From contig NC_081333.1 in the NCBI RefSeq assembly GCF_022539665.2, positions 7,316,001 through 7,380,000 of the forward strand: a DNA stretch of 64,000 nt. The letters run 5' to 3'. The DNA comes from Daphnia carinata. Lineage: Eukaryota. Below, in pieces: positions 41,211 to 53,904 of this stretch; position 1 is the first letter of the stretch; each line of letters starts with the position of its first letter. The translations under genes were made by a program, and so were the position numbers. The notes under the pieces were generated by a model. The model did not search any database. It worked only from the letters and a program-made list of their open reading frames with translations, and was not told where the DNA came from.

Positions 41211-42337
41211 TCAATACCTGTTTCTGTAGGCAAGGTGGGAAACCTGGAGCCAATGTTACTTGTTCAACATGCCAAGGTCGTGGAATAAAAATTTCATTAA
41301 GACCTCTTGGACCAGGCATGATGCAGCAAATTCAGTCAGTATGTACAACCTGCAATGGAGAAGGTAAACAAAAATTCACTTTATATTTTTTTTTATTTTG
41401 TTGTTTTTTTAAAAATAAAATTTAGCAGAAGTATGCTTTTACTATTTATTAATACCATTTCACAGGTGAAATGATAAATGAGAGAGACCGCTGCAAGCCA
41501 TGCAAAGGTAAAAAAGTGCAAAATGAAACAAAGATTTTGGAAGTTCATGTTGACAAAGGAATGAAAGACGGTCAGAAAATTTTGTTCCGCGGTGAAGGTG
41601 ACCAACAGGTGTGAATTTTACGCTTTTTTTCTGCAATGGCATATAGCTAATATTCAATATTTATTTACTTGTTTTTTGGTTTAATAGCCGGGAGTTGAAG
41701 CTGGCGACGTAGTTATAATTTTACAACAGAAACCTCACGAAAAATTCAAGCGACAGGGTGATGATCTTTTTGTGATGCACACCATAACTTTAACTGAAGC
41801 GTTGTGCGGATTCTGTTATGTGCTTAAGGTTTATTGCTGCATCATTTTCCTTACGGTTCTTGTTATTTTAACAATGGCGATTGCCACGTCACTAGCATCT
41901 TGACGGCCGCGATCTGGTGATCCGACAAGCACCCGGAAACGTAGTAGAACCAGGAAGTACGAAGATGGTCCCAGGAGAAGGAATGCCTCGCTACCGTAGT
42001 CCATTCGAGAAAGGAGAATTATTTATCAAATTTGACGTCCAATTCCCCGCTAGCCACTTTGCTGATGAATCAACAATTATGGTATAGTAGGATCTATGAT
42101 GGACCAGAGTATTTCATCGCCAAAATATAATAATTTGTAACGTAGGCGATTGAAAAGCTTTTACCCGGACGACCCGCAATCATTCCACCATCTGGGGAGC
42201 ACGTCGAAGAAGTTGACCTTCATGATTACGATGCCAATGAACGTCGTGATGGAGGCGGTGGGCCTAGCAACGCGTACGATTCGGACGATGAGGAAGGAGG
42301 TCAATCAGGACCTGGTGTACAGTGTGCTCATCAATAG
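40465..42337 (+). CDS. DnaJ subfamily A co-chaperone (DNAJA2/Droj2-like)
   Basis: J domain with HPD (FHPDKNP), G/F region, CxxCxGxG zinc repeats, C-terminal CaaX VQCAHQ*. Confidence 0.95.
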
Positions 42338-43603
42338 AATATGTCAGGGGAAACAAGTCGATCTTGTCCTTCGTTTACGGCTATTCCCTCTCCCCTTATA
42401 TTACCAAATTTCAAATCCACTTGATTATCTTAAATTGAAAACAATTTCCTCGAATTGAAAGAAAAATTCGCTTGTCGTTCTGAAAACATTTGTTCGTCCA
42501 GTGTAGCAGAATTCAACGCAAAGAAGTGGGGGTCTACTGTGCAAGTGTGCAAGCTTACTATCACGTGGTTAGGTGAATTGTACTACCATTTGTGGCACAT
42601 AGTGAAAGAACAATCAAGATTTGCTGTTTTCCACTTGACATTGTACTCTGGGAGTCTTGGCTGGTGTCCCCCTATTTCGACCGACACCTCTCTGGTAACA
42701 TGTACACGATAATAAACGTGGTGTCACTGAATTTACTACGATCGTTGAGACATATTACCTTTGTTTATTTTCTTTTTTTTCTGTTTGGGAAACATTACGT
42801 AACATAGGGTAAGAATTATGTGTTTTTTTAAAATTCGTTTTATCTAAGTTCTTAATCCCAAAAATTGAAACTAGATGTAGTATTTTCGCAATCGGCCTGT
42901 GTTTGAAATTTGAAAATTTGGTCAGATGATGCATAGTTACTTAAAGCACCACAAATATTCGAGTCGATGGTGGACTGTTCTAAAAACGTTGAGTACTGTG
43001 CTTCGACACTACCTCATACACGTAGAAGTCATCGTGTTGTCTAAGTGAAACAAACTAAAATCTAATTTACGCCGTGCTCTTTGTATGTATAGTGTCGAAA
43101 CTAGTAGTAACAAATTGGTGCAAGGCGCTCGGAAAGGATTTGCAAGAATAGCACAAAGATAGGATTTGTGACGAAGTTGCGACTTGAGGAACTCGCGGCT
43201 TGGAGGTTTTCAAAAGTAAACCTTGTTGATGGCTGGCAGTTCAGACGCTCAGTTATGCAGCGAACTGGCAAACCAGTCGAAACATGACTGTCACTTGCTT
43301 GGATTTTCTATATTGTTCACCCCAATGTTAAATCTTGGGCGGGGCCTTTTGGAAGGACAGACATATGATTCTACGCAGTCTCTTAGTTAGTAACTTCACC
43401 GACAAGACGAGTCTTAGATTTAAACAGATGAGATGCAGATGATGGAAGTGACGCCAATGGGTACACCAGTCACAGAACATTCAGTTATTTACATCCACGT
43501 GAACCAAAAATGCAAGTGTATGAAACACAAATTTAAGAAAATTATCAACGACAACACAAATTCATACAAAATTTAACACATACAGCAATAGACTTTAACA
43601 ATG

Positions 43604-46601
43604 TTAGAGCAAATTGCACGTTTTGTTCTCCTTGAACGGATTTTCGGAAGGGGAGATGCCAGTGACCAAGACGTCAGTCTTTTGATGCTCCTGGCAGTAC
43701 TTGATTAACCTGCATAAAAAACAAAACAAATAAAGATAATGAGCTTTTTTCTGATTTTTGTTTTACTTATAGCGTCACTACACATCTATTAAAACCTAAA
43801 TCATATTGAGTATCAGATGACTGTCGTTATGCATATAGCATCAAGTGATTGATATTCAAAAGACCTGCCTACACAGGCAGTTCCTACCCTTTGCAAGCTG
43901 AAGTAGTCTTCTGCGAACCATTCAAAGCTTTAAAATTTCGTCATTCGTTTGGCCTGTCTCTCTACTAACTGGGAAATCCTAACACCTTTTTATTGCTTTC
44001 GCATAAGCATTCTGTATGTTCGGTGCATATCGAGATCAAACAAGGAAATTAACGAGGATTCAGGAACCATAAGGATATGAAAAAACGGAACGAAATTTAA
44101 TATATTTTCCACGTTTTTGAATGAGTTTCTTCAGGATATTTTACAAAGAAATGCAACATTAGTAATGGAGAAAAATAGTGCCCTTAAGAGCAGCCGGAAA
44201 ACAGTAAGAAGCTTTTCTACTATTTCGACAGATGCTTACTTATTTGTTGCAACAAGCACCGGCTTCACAAGAGAACAACAAAGATACCAGTGGGAGGAGA
44301 TCCCAACCGTATAGCCTGCCTACCATCCGTTACACACTTGCACACAATCGTGGGCGTGGGGCTTTGCCAACAATAGAGGTGTCTCATCATCTAGCCTTGA
44401 TTGGTTTTCTTGCCGGAGTTATCGAAACAACGACGGCCTGATTAATGTTTAATTGGACGGTCTTCTTACATCTTTGTTTCGCTGCATCTCCTTGTCGAGA
44501 CGCTCGGTGTTTTTGGATGTTGGATCGTTAGTCCCCAAACGCTTTGTTGACTAATTTGGTATTGATGCGGACTCAAAGGAAAGGTGACGGTGGGGAGGGG
44601 AAACATAGGCGTGGAACATTTGAAGGCCTTCTGCTGATGACGCTAGTGGCCTATAAATCACGCTCTCACTGTAGAAAGTGCCGGCATATTGAAACGGCGG
44701 ACCCATTTTGAGATCCAGTATGCTGTTAATGTGAACGATGAAGCAATGGTTGCTTGATGATCGAGAGAAGTGGCCTGACTCGTTCGCGAATCCATTAGTG
44801 CTATTACTGTATACCCAAAGAAGAACAACAGTGGGAGGCAAGAGAAGACTTTCCAGGAGGCATAGCATCGTTCGACTGTTAATTAAACTGTCACTCAAAG
44901 CAAATAAGGACCAACAGCCAACTAAATCGACAATAAAGGCTGCTGATGGTTTAACGAAATGACGCTGTTCCTGCAACCCTATGCAACAACCACTTTACAC
45001 TGATTATCTGCAAAAATTTCCAAGAAAAACAACAAATCAGATAAGCAATTTGCGTAATTTTTTAAATGGATGTTTTCTTTTGTTAAAAGAGCGGTAGTAT
45101 TTCAGCAATTTGTGTGAATTGTTACTAATGAATAGTTATAAATAGCTCGATGTGTTGTGGCATGCATATTGTGAATTTTCAAGTATTATGGCAACAGGTA
45201 AGTGAATCAACATTTTACGAAAAGGGATTGCAGCATCATTTGGTAGCAGAATTTCCTCATAGCGGTACTAGTGATAAGTGATTTAATTTTTCTCCTCGAA
45301 TAACTTTCCACATTCTACATTACTGTTTCTTCATAACTTTCACAAAAGTAAAAAACTTTTTCTTTCTTTCTCATTTTTATCGAGTTATAATCAAAGCAAC
45401 AAGGAATACTTTCCGTCATCATCTTGTTCCCGCGTAACTTTGAACGACATTTCAAAGAGCTTCCGTGACAGGAAGCGGCCACCGCAATGACAGTTACTTG
45501 TACGAAAAAGAGATTACTCTGTAGTTGTTGAAGCTTTATTCCAGCTGACGGTCTGATAGAAATGGATCCATCAGTCTTCGAATGGCTTAGGTAAACATAT
45601 GTACGAGATGGCGAACACGTTGCGCTCTTGGGTGTGCTGAAACATACGTCTTGAATGTAAAAATAAAGCTCTCAAAAACAAATAAGGCGTTGTATTGTGT
45701 AAATTTAGACCCGACATGTTTGTCCGGCTGCTGCTCGCTATGTGTAGCATGGTTAGTCTTAAATCCTAACTGTTGCGCAATGTGCCACAGCTGGCCATCC
45801 TACTACACTTAAAAACGTAAAATAAGCCCTCTCGCCGGCCAAGTAAACAAATGTCCTACTAACTTTTGTTATTCATAACAGAAGAAAATATCGATCTGGC
45901 TAGGTTCACCGATTGCCATTTGTCCACCACATTGTGTTCAGCTTCAAGTCTGTAATCCGATCATCCTCCGAAATAAGCTTATCTCTTTTTACACGTCGAA
46001 TAGTCTTACTGTAATCGTTAAGTGCCAGTCTTTTCAGCTAATCATATTCGATGAACGATCTCACCAACGAGCCCAACCCATTATCCTATGGCTGTCACGT
46101 AGTTTATTGATACATTTGTTTGTTTATGCCTCTTATGCGAGCACATCTTTTGTCATTGTGTCGGATTACTTGGATCTAGGCCCTGTTGTTCTGAACAGTG
46201 GTAATGAGACTAGTCATAACCAAAACTTTTGTTGGTTTTCCAACTAACATGTCCGTCTGTCCTAAGGGTCCAATCAAAACTCTGAAGAAATTTATTAGAT
46301 GTACTAAAGAAAAACTCGCGCATCCGTCTATCGGGATTGGCCTTTCTGTTCATTGGACACATCCGCCATTCAGTTTCACCATAAACACGTAAGATCGTCT
46401 GATTAAGACAGAACATAAAAGCTAAACGACTGGGCTTAATTAAGGGATTACCGTGCTCTTAAGATCATTTAACTATGAATTTAAGTGGCTTGCCAATTGT
46501 ACTTACTCTTCACAAGCTTGGGATACTGGGATTCTTTGCACGCTGGCCTCCTGGCGTAATTGCGTCACTTGTTTTTTCATGGCTTGAACTTGAGACATCA
46601 T
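43604..46601 (-). CDS. Heterotrimeric G-protein gamma subunit, 66 aa, exons 46507-46601 and 43604-43709
   Basis: Spliced GA|G in frame: MMSQVQAMKKQVTQLRQEASVQRIPVSQACEELIKYCQEHQKTDVLVTGISPSENPFKENKTCNLL*. GGL-domain NPF motif and CaaX box; canonical gtaagt and tgcag splice sites. Confidence 0.95.
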
Positions 46602-47863
46602 TTTTATGGCAAACGAAGAATTTGACGGGTTTTTAGAATGGAGAATGATTCGCTGCCTTATTCGCTGTAGTTCACGTACAGTCGTTTATTGCCTTCAGCG
46701 CCGGAAAAGAAAGATGTAGCTCTGCTGTCGCAACGAAGCCAACTGACAGATTCTGATTTTGTGGCCGAAGGATTTTCCTACTCTCCGTTCCTCGTCTTTT
46801 TCAACCCTCCGGGAAGTGGTTGTTTGACTCAATCTCCCCTCGCCTGCTCCCTCCTCATTTCTCGACAGGACGCAACAGTTCAGCGCTACTAAGGCGCATG
46901 CGCATGACTCGTCTACGATTATATTCATCTTTCAAATCACGAGCCCACTCTTTTAACAAGCGATAGAAAAAATATAGAGATAGAGTAAAAGGTCGCACCA
47001 TGGTTTGCTCGTTATCTTTAGTCATGCACTCGGAAGAATCATTATTCGTATGTACTGTTACTCATTTACTGGATTTTCCGGTTACACAACCAACGCATAA
47101 TTTCAAACATAATTACAATACCTTCTCTAGTTGAATAATATTTGAAATTGGATACGAACAATATTGTTACAACCTAAACAATCAATTCAAATCATTCCAA
47201 CTTTGTCCGTTAATAGAATTCTTTGTGTTGTTTTCTCCGTGCGTCAACATCGTTATAAAGGCTGCCAACTGTTGACTCAATTTCATCATACTATTTCGTA
47301 TATTCTGTTTTATTAGAGATCGGTAAATCGATATCATATAAAGCGTACAGGACATTGAACTTTGCCAACAACTAGGTATCCAGTACCGGAAACATCCAGA
47401 ATACGGTCGACGCAGACAACATTCGTGCATTTCGCTCCTCTTCCATCGCTCCCTCACACAATGTCCATAAAGCGTCCTATCAGATTCTTTCTGTGACGCG
47501 TAAAAAACAGAAATCCCGTACATGTAGCACATCCGTGAGACACCATCTAAACGACAGCTGTCGTTCTACCCGGGCATAGGCAAGGGTGTGCACTCCAAGG
47601 GTTCACGTCTCACGAGAATACCATAGTTCAATCGACATGGATGCCAATGAAGTCACAAACACCTTTTTTACGCCTGCTCGTAAGTGTCGATGATCCCATT
47701 ACTTTGTTCTGCTTTTGCTAGGATACCAAGCTACTTAGGTCGTATCTGTATCGTAATATATCCCTTAGAACATATCTGAAATACACAACGCATATTTTAA
47801 CTGACTTAGAATCGTCTATTTAAAGTGCACTCATCTAAATATCTTTTACAAGAATCCAGTTTT

Positions 47864-49824
47864 TTACCTCATTACACTTTCAATTTCAGATATTGTTTTA
47901 GGACAAGATTGCGTTAGCACTTCTATACCTGTTTCGGTAATTAAAATGTCATCTTCGATTCGCAATCCTAATCCATGAAATTCTTTCGGAGCTATGGAGC
48001 GATTGAGATCCACGTACAACCCTGGAAGAAATGACTTAATGCGGTAATGAATAATATCTACGATAAGGTAAAGGGTGTAATTTACCGGGTTCGATGGTAA
48101 TCACCATGCCAGGTTCTAGGGGGATATTCCGGTTAACCGTACCGGTGTCATGTACGTCGATTCCTAGATAATGGGAAACATGATGGGGGCAGACCGAATA
48201 CGCCATCTGTATGTTAAATATTTCGATTCTACTGGTTTTGAAATATTCGAATTAGGAGAACATACCTGAGCCCTTTCAGCGCAACTATTGGCTTCCTTCC
48301 CAAACCCAATTTGCTGCAAGTTTTTTCCCAACTGACGACACATTCTTTGAAAAAGGACATCTAAGGGTGGCCGCTCATTACAGAATTGTATAAGATCTAA
48401 TTGTACATCAAGAACCGCTTCGTACGCTTCTGCTTGAAAGCTCGTAAATTTTCCGTTTATAGGCCAGCATCTTGTCATATCACTCGTGTATCCGTAATAC
48501 TGACACCCTAATTGAAATAAACAATGGTATGATAAGCTGACACGAGCTATGACAAATATGAATACCGGCATCCATGAGAACCATTTCGCCGTTATTAATC
48601 AACTGATTATTGCTGATGTAGTGAATAGTATTGGCACGAGCGCCACCGGCAACGACAGGGGGATAAGCCAAATACTGAGCGCCTTTCATTCTACTATGGT
48701 ACTCGACACACGCCCATAGTTGGGACTCACACACCGAAGGCTGTGACATCTAAATTAGAAAGACAAACAAGTTATGTAAAATGGTTTGGGTTGTAAAGCT
48801 TTATGAGACACACCTTCATGGTCTCTATTGTGGCACTGGCTATAATAGCACAAGATCTTCTCATCAACTCCTGTTCGGATTTCGATTTGATGACACGCAA
48901 GTTATGAAGTAACGGGACAATATCCCGCGCGGTTATTGATCCACTTTTTTTACTGATAACGTCATCGACAATTTGGAATGAGCGCCCCGGATCTCGCCAT
49001 ATTTGTACACCACTTAGTTGATTTTGCTTTATAAAAGAGCACATAAAAGGGGCAAGTTGTGAAAGGTAATTTGCTTGTTCAATGCCAAGGATATTTAAGC
49101 AGAATTCCAAATCAGCCTTAGGACCTTCCCACATTTCTGTCTAAGAAAAATAGCTTTTATGGTGATGTGAAGTAAAATCTACACTTATCAATAACTTACA
49201 TTAGAATCTGTTTTTGGGATAAAAACAATAGATTCAAATTTATCAGACCCTGGGGCTGAGATCATTAATAGAACAATATCAGGCTCTAAACAACCCGTGA
49301 GGTAAAGGAAGTCAGAATCCTGCCTAAAAACATAGGGAATTTTTCCTGACATATAAAGTTTTGAAGATGATTGTACTACAACGAGATTGGCTTTTGAGCC
49401 ATCACTCTGCTTGGAGACTTTTTGCATTAATTTAGAACGTCTTTCTTTGTATTCATCCTTGTGAATCAGTGGTGTAACCTAAAGTGTATTTTAGATCCAA
49501 ATAGAGATGAAAATACTGGATTTATGTATGTTCCACATCTTTACCTCGCCATTGTTCAACAAGTGGGGATGAGACTCGAAAACGGGTTGCGGATATTTTC
49601 TGATCAGTTGGTTTTGCTGTAAACCTAGTTGTTTATTACCTGGCAAAGGTGATCTTGAAAAATTCCTAGAGGAAACCATACTCATTTGGACAGCGGCGTT
49701 TCTGTCTGATTAACGAATTTCAAATGATTCAGAATTATTTTGTTAGTTAATTTTTTTCAATGTGATTACTTGTGATTTTCTTCCATGTGGAAAACAACAT
49801 CTTCGGAGATCTAGACACCACCAT
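47864..49824 (-). CDS. XPNPEP3: Xaa-Pro aminopeptidase 3 (mitochondrial Icp55-like)
   Basis: [81 protein letters not shown]. Basic Ser/Arg-rich N-terminus from an inferred first exon 49770-49824. Confidence 0.93.
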
Positions 49825-50024
49825 TCTTCAAATTACTTTTGTAGCTTATTTAACAACTTCAGGAAAAACAAACAAAAAAAACCAAAACAAGTCAAACATA
49901 CTATCATCTGCTGTCATGCTCCAAAGTTGGCCGTGGCTTCAGGCTCTCAATTGTTTTTCTCAATAGATGGCGTGCCACGACATTGATCGTCACCAAGTGG
50001 CTTACTATGGCAATCCGTTTTACC

Positions 50025-50604
50025 CAGAGATAAGGAGATGGGACACGACCGTGTTAAAGCCGCCATGACACTTTTTGGGGTACCATCTAGCGGCTAATTC
50101 CCTCCCTTCATCATTAGCAGACGAATTCCCTGGAAGGAACCAATGTGACAGGCGGCTAATTTGAAAATGGGAAAGGAAAGTCGGACATTTCGCCAGATAA
50201 AAACACACAACGAAAGTTCTGTGACTCGGAGGTTGTTGAAAACTCGGAGAATCAAAAGGGGTCGATTTTCTGGAATTTTTGGCTTACAAATACTTTCCAT
50301 TCCAGCTTCCATTGAATTGTTTTCCGGGAACCTGTTAGCTAATTATCAAATTTTATACTGCAAAATACCCAGGCTCACTTTACAAGTTGTTACAATTTAC
50401 TTTTACTCATGAAACTTTCTTTTGTGTGTTATTAAAGCGCATTGTCTAACTCTCCGTGACCATTTCAAATCAGCCGCCTGTAACAATGCTTCCTTGCAAG
50501 GAATTCGTCTGCTAATGAGAAAGGGAGGGAATTAGCCGCTAGATGAAGTGCCGAAATCTGTCATGGCGGCTTTCCCTATTCCGTGTCCCATCTCCTTATC
50601 TCTG
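50025..50604. mobile_element. MITE-like element, ~140-bp imperfect TIRs, CAGAG termini, 8-bp TSD
   Basis: Starts CAGAGATAAGGAGATGGGACACG and ends CGTGTCCCATCTCCTTATCTCTG; flanked by GTTTTACC at 50017-50024 and 50605-50612. Confidence 0.92.
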
Positions 50605-51793
50605 GTTTTACCCCCCCCTCAAAAAAATGAGAACTATCGTTTTTTTTTTTGTATATTCAACCAATATGGCAATCCGTTTTACACACAAAAAAAAAAAAAT
50701 TTCGCCAAAAAAAAAAAAATCACACTTTTTTCTTTTTTTTTCGACCCGTAGCCATCTACCGGTCAGAATCGTTATTACAGGCATGTCAATTTGAGTCCAT
50801 TGCAGCCATTCCACTTCTAGGGATATTACCCTATTTAGGGGGATTTAAGGAAAATTTTTGGAATCTAGGATGCAGTTATGGAAATCTAGGGTTTCCGGGA
50901 TTATCCAGGGCCTATTTAATTTTTTGGGGATTTCTCGGGATTTTGAGATTTTTGGCCAAACCGCTGTTGCTTTTGGCGCTTCTATGCAACTTCAAAAGTA
51001 AAATGTTCCTCAATAAGAGCCACCAAGCGGACAATGGTGAACGGTACGCTTTTCAGAAAGTAACACTGACTAGGATACACCACGAACTCCATTTGATCCT
51101 CCAAACGTCTGTGCCAAACATATCGCACGCCGAATTTTTAAAGACTCAAGTCTCCGACTGAATTTCTGACAAGCACTTGACCCAATTGCAAAAGCTGGGG
51201 AGAGTTCCTTGAATATATACGTAGGAATTACGAATCTATTTTGTTCAACCATGACGAACAATTTGTTGTTGAGACATGATGAACCCGAGGCCTCTCACAC
51301 AATTTTGTTATCTAGGTGAGCAACACACTGTTCATTGGGAAACGCTGTGATTCTCTTGAGGCTTTATAACGTTGAAAGTTCGATGACAATTATTTTTGGA
51401 AAAAACCATATCTTTATTGCTTAACTAAACAAATATGATGGGGCAATCCGATGGTTTTATTTTCATAGCCAATTTAAATTTTTCTGGTAACTTGTTTGGC
51501 TTTGACGGGCACTGGTTAATTGCTTTAAAAATGTGTTCGATTTAATACTGTTCTAAAATAAATAAAATAGGTTATTTTATTTTTTTTATTTACATTTATA
51601 AAAATAATAAAAATTTTTTTGAAGCAATGGCGTCTATAAGAACCGAACACGGACAGTCGACGTATGATCTCAGTGCTATACCACAGCGCCCTACCACAGC
51701 GCCCTACCACAGCGCGACACCACTATTAGTCACATATTATATAGCTCCGGTATTAAAACGAAGGTCGATGAAAAATAAATTTGTTTGAGATGT

Positions 51794-51866
51794 GCGGTCC
51801 TGGCACAGTGGTTACCACCTTCGCTTCGCATTCTCAAGGCCCTGGGTTCAAGTCCCGACACCGCCA
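51794..51866 (+). pseudogene. Degenerate tRNA-like sequence (Ala-CGC-like loop), possible SINE head
   Basis: A box TGGCACAGTGG, loop CTTCGCAT, B box GGTTCAAGTCC, ends GCGGT...ACCGCCA; anticodon stem disrupted. Confidence 0.65.
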
Positions 51867-52595
51867 AATTCTCCCCCTCCCTTTCCCTCCAAATCTTCAT
51901 TCAAGATTCATCGGATTACGCAAGCTTCTACAACAGATCAAGACGCAAGATTCTACGCCTTCAAGAAAGAAGAGAAAAAACAAAAAGAAGAGAGAAAACA
52001 AGAAGAAAGAAAAAAAGAAGAGAGAAAAGAAAAGAGAAAAAAGAAGAGCCATGCCTACTATAAAGGGGCTAAATGGTACACCAAAAAAAAGCCTTGCCAG
52101 GCTAAAATTGGCAAAAATAGCCTTGTTAGGCTAAAAATCGATCTGTAGTACTGTTCACTACCTTGAAGATCGAACCACAAGCTGAAAGGTAGAGAAGAGG
52201 TGATCGTTGAACGTAGGCTGTTCGTTAGCCTCCCCACGGCCTGAAAGACGGCTCGTGGATGCAGGCAGCTTATCATCGGGATATGTGACCCAATTCGCTA
52301 CCCGTAAGTTTTTGTTGTTCCTTTTTGTGGGGTGTTGTTGTTTGGTAATATTGTTTATTAAGTTATTATATATTATTATCATATTATTATGTTAGTTGTT
52401 ATTATTGTTAGCTTGTTATTATATATTACGCTGGAGACCCGAGTTCGAATCTAGCGTCAGTCATTTTTTTCATCCCTTTCCTACCGTAAGTCCCACACGC
52501 GGCGCTAGGTTCCACTTTCCACTGTTTTTCCCACACATTTCAATTCTGCATTCGTTACCAAACAGTGGAAAGTGGAGCTCGGTTTGGGGTGTTAC

Positions 52596-53110
52596 GCCCC
52601 CCTGGCAATGCAGTTTTAAGCGATTTTGGCCGACCCGCGCGGTTTTTTTGGACAAACCGGAGCGGTGCGGTTTGCCGTTTTTTTCAAACAGATTGCACCG
52701 CGGTTTGACGGTTTGTACCCGCAGTTTGTACCCGCGGTGTAAACTGCGGTTTAACACGGTTTGCAACGCGGTTTTACGGTTTGCACCGCCGATTTACGGT
52801 TTGCATTGAACAAAAAATCAGTAACAGATTTTGTCGCTAGATGGCGGGAAGATCGACCAATTTTCAAACGCGATGCCTTCAAGTGTGATCGGAAATTTGA
52901 TTCATAACAAGTTGCTGACCGCCATTACGCTTACAACAATTAGTGATAATTACTTGATTTGGAATTTCAGCAAAATTTCAAAGGAAAATATTTAATGGCG
53001 GTTCAAACCGGTTTTGCCCAGTTGCAAACCGAAAACCAAACCGCAGTCAAAAATGGCCAAACCGAACCGACGGTTTGACGATTTTTAAATGAAAAACCGC
53101 GGTTTGCACC
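52596..53110. repeat. GCGGTTT/AAACCG motif-rich tract, likely subterminal repeats of a DNA-transposon relic
   Basis: Many GCGGTTT copies at 52640-52805 and complementary AAACCG copies at 53000-53105, with a TAGATGGCG core between them. Confidence 0.6.
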
Positions 53111-53169
53111 GATCATAGACGATCGGGGCTGAGCCCTAAGGCCATGTGAGTACGCCATGAAAGTAACAG

Positions 53170-53904
53170 CAGAGTCATAGAAACCTGGTTGCTCTACGGT
53201 GTGTGTAAATGCTACAAGGGTTTGCGGGGACTTGTGGTCGAATTCTGGCAGTTAAATAGCGAACCTAGCGGTTTTGGTGGAGTACTACATGGCCCCCAAC
53301 CAATGAGCTATGTCCTGCCAAAATTTCGACAGCCAATCATAGCAGACCCGCCAAACGAGGGGGAAGTACTTAGTACTTTACTCCAGCGGTTTGTACTTAG
53401 AGTAGTCGGATGGCCAAGTCAAGCGTGTCTTTTTCAAGCATGGCCTACTATAATAACGGCCTGTCAGCGCGCAATACTTCTTGCGCAAACAAGTTAATTG
53501 TCAGAGAGGCTTAATAGATATAATACTAATATAAAATTACGTAATATAAAATTTTAATACAGAATTGAAATGAGTGGAAAAACAGTGGAAAGTGGAACCT
53601 AGCGCAGCGTGTGGTCAGCATACGTTAGGAAATGGAAAAAATATAATGCAGCTACTGGATTCGAACTTGGGCCTCCCGCATTGCAATCGAGGGTGCTAAC
53701 CACTAGACCCAACAACTGATATTTTATGTCGTATCCCTTATGATTCTATTGCACGATGTCAGGATATCTCTAATTCTAGTCAACAGATGGCTCTCTGACG
53801 CTGCCAGCTCCGCCCACAAAAGGGCGGAAATTTCGACCACAAGTCCCCGCAAATCCTTGTGGCATTTACACACACCGTAGAGCAACCAGGTTTCTATGAC
53901 TCTG
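53170..53904. mobile_element. MITE-like element, ~75-bp TIRs, CAGAG termini, 7-bp TSD, containing a tRNA-like cassette
   Basis: CAGAGTCATAGAAACCTGGTTGCTCTACGG...CCGTAGAGCAACCAGGTTTCTATGACTCTG; flanked by GTAACAG at 53163-53169 and 53905-53911. Confidence 0.92.
53647..53718 (-). pseudogene. Degenerate tRNA-like sequence (GCA, Cys-like loop)
   Basis: Reverse strand: CAGTTGTTGGGTCTAGTGGTTAGCACCCTCGATTGCAATGCGGGAGGCCCAAGTTCGAATCCAGTAGCTG; A and B boxes and a GU-rich acceptor stem. Confidence 0.6.

Noticed and set aside
44240..45008. 141-aa ORF and exon-like segment inside the G-gamma intron
   Set aside because: No recognisable motif; splicing from G-gamma exon 1 gives an immediate stop. A nested transcript cannot be supported without RNA data.
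47182..47700. 116-aa ORF between G-gamma and XPNPEP3
   Set aside because: I could not build a consistent spliced frame or recognise a family; it may be UTR.
51000..51300. Protein-like fragments (MFLNKSHQ..., SWGEFLEYIRRNYESILF) as a transposase relic
   Set aside because: Interrupted by stops and frameshifts, with no DDE, THAP or other recognisable motif.
51678..51722. Three tandem copies of TACCACAGCGCCC
   Set aside because: A short slippage-type duplication with no evidence of function.
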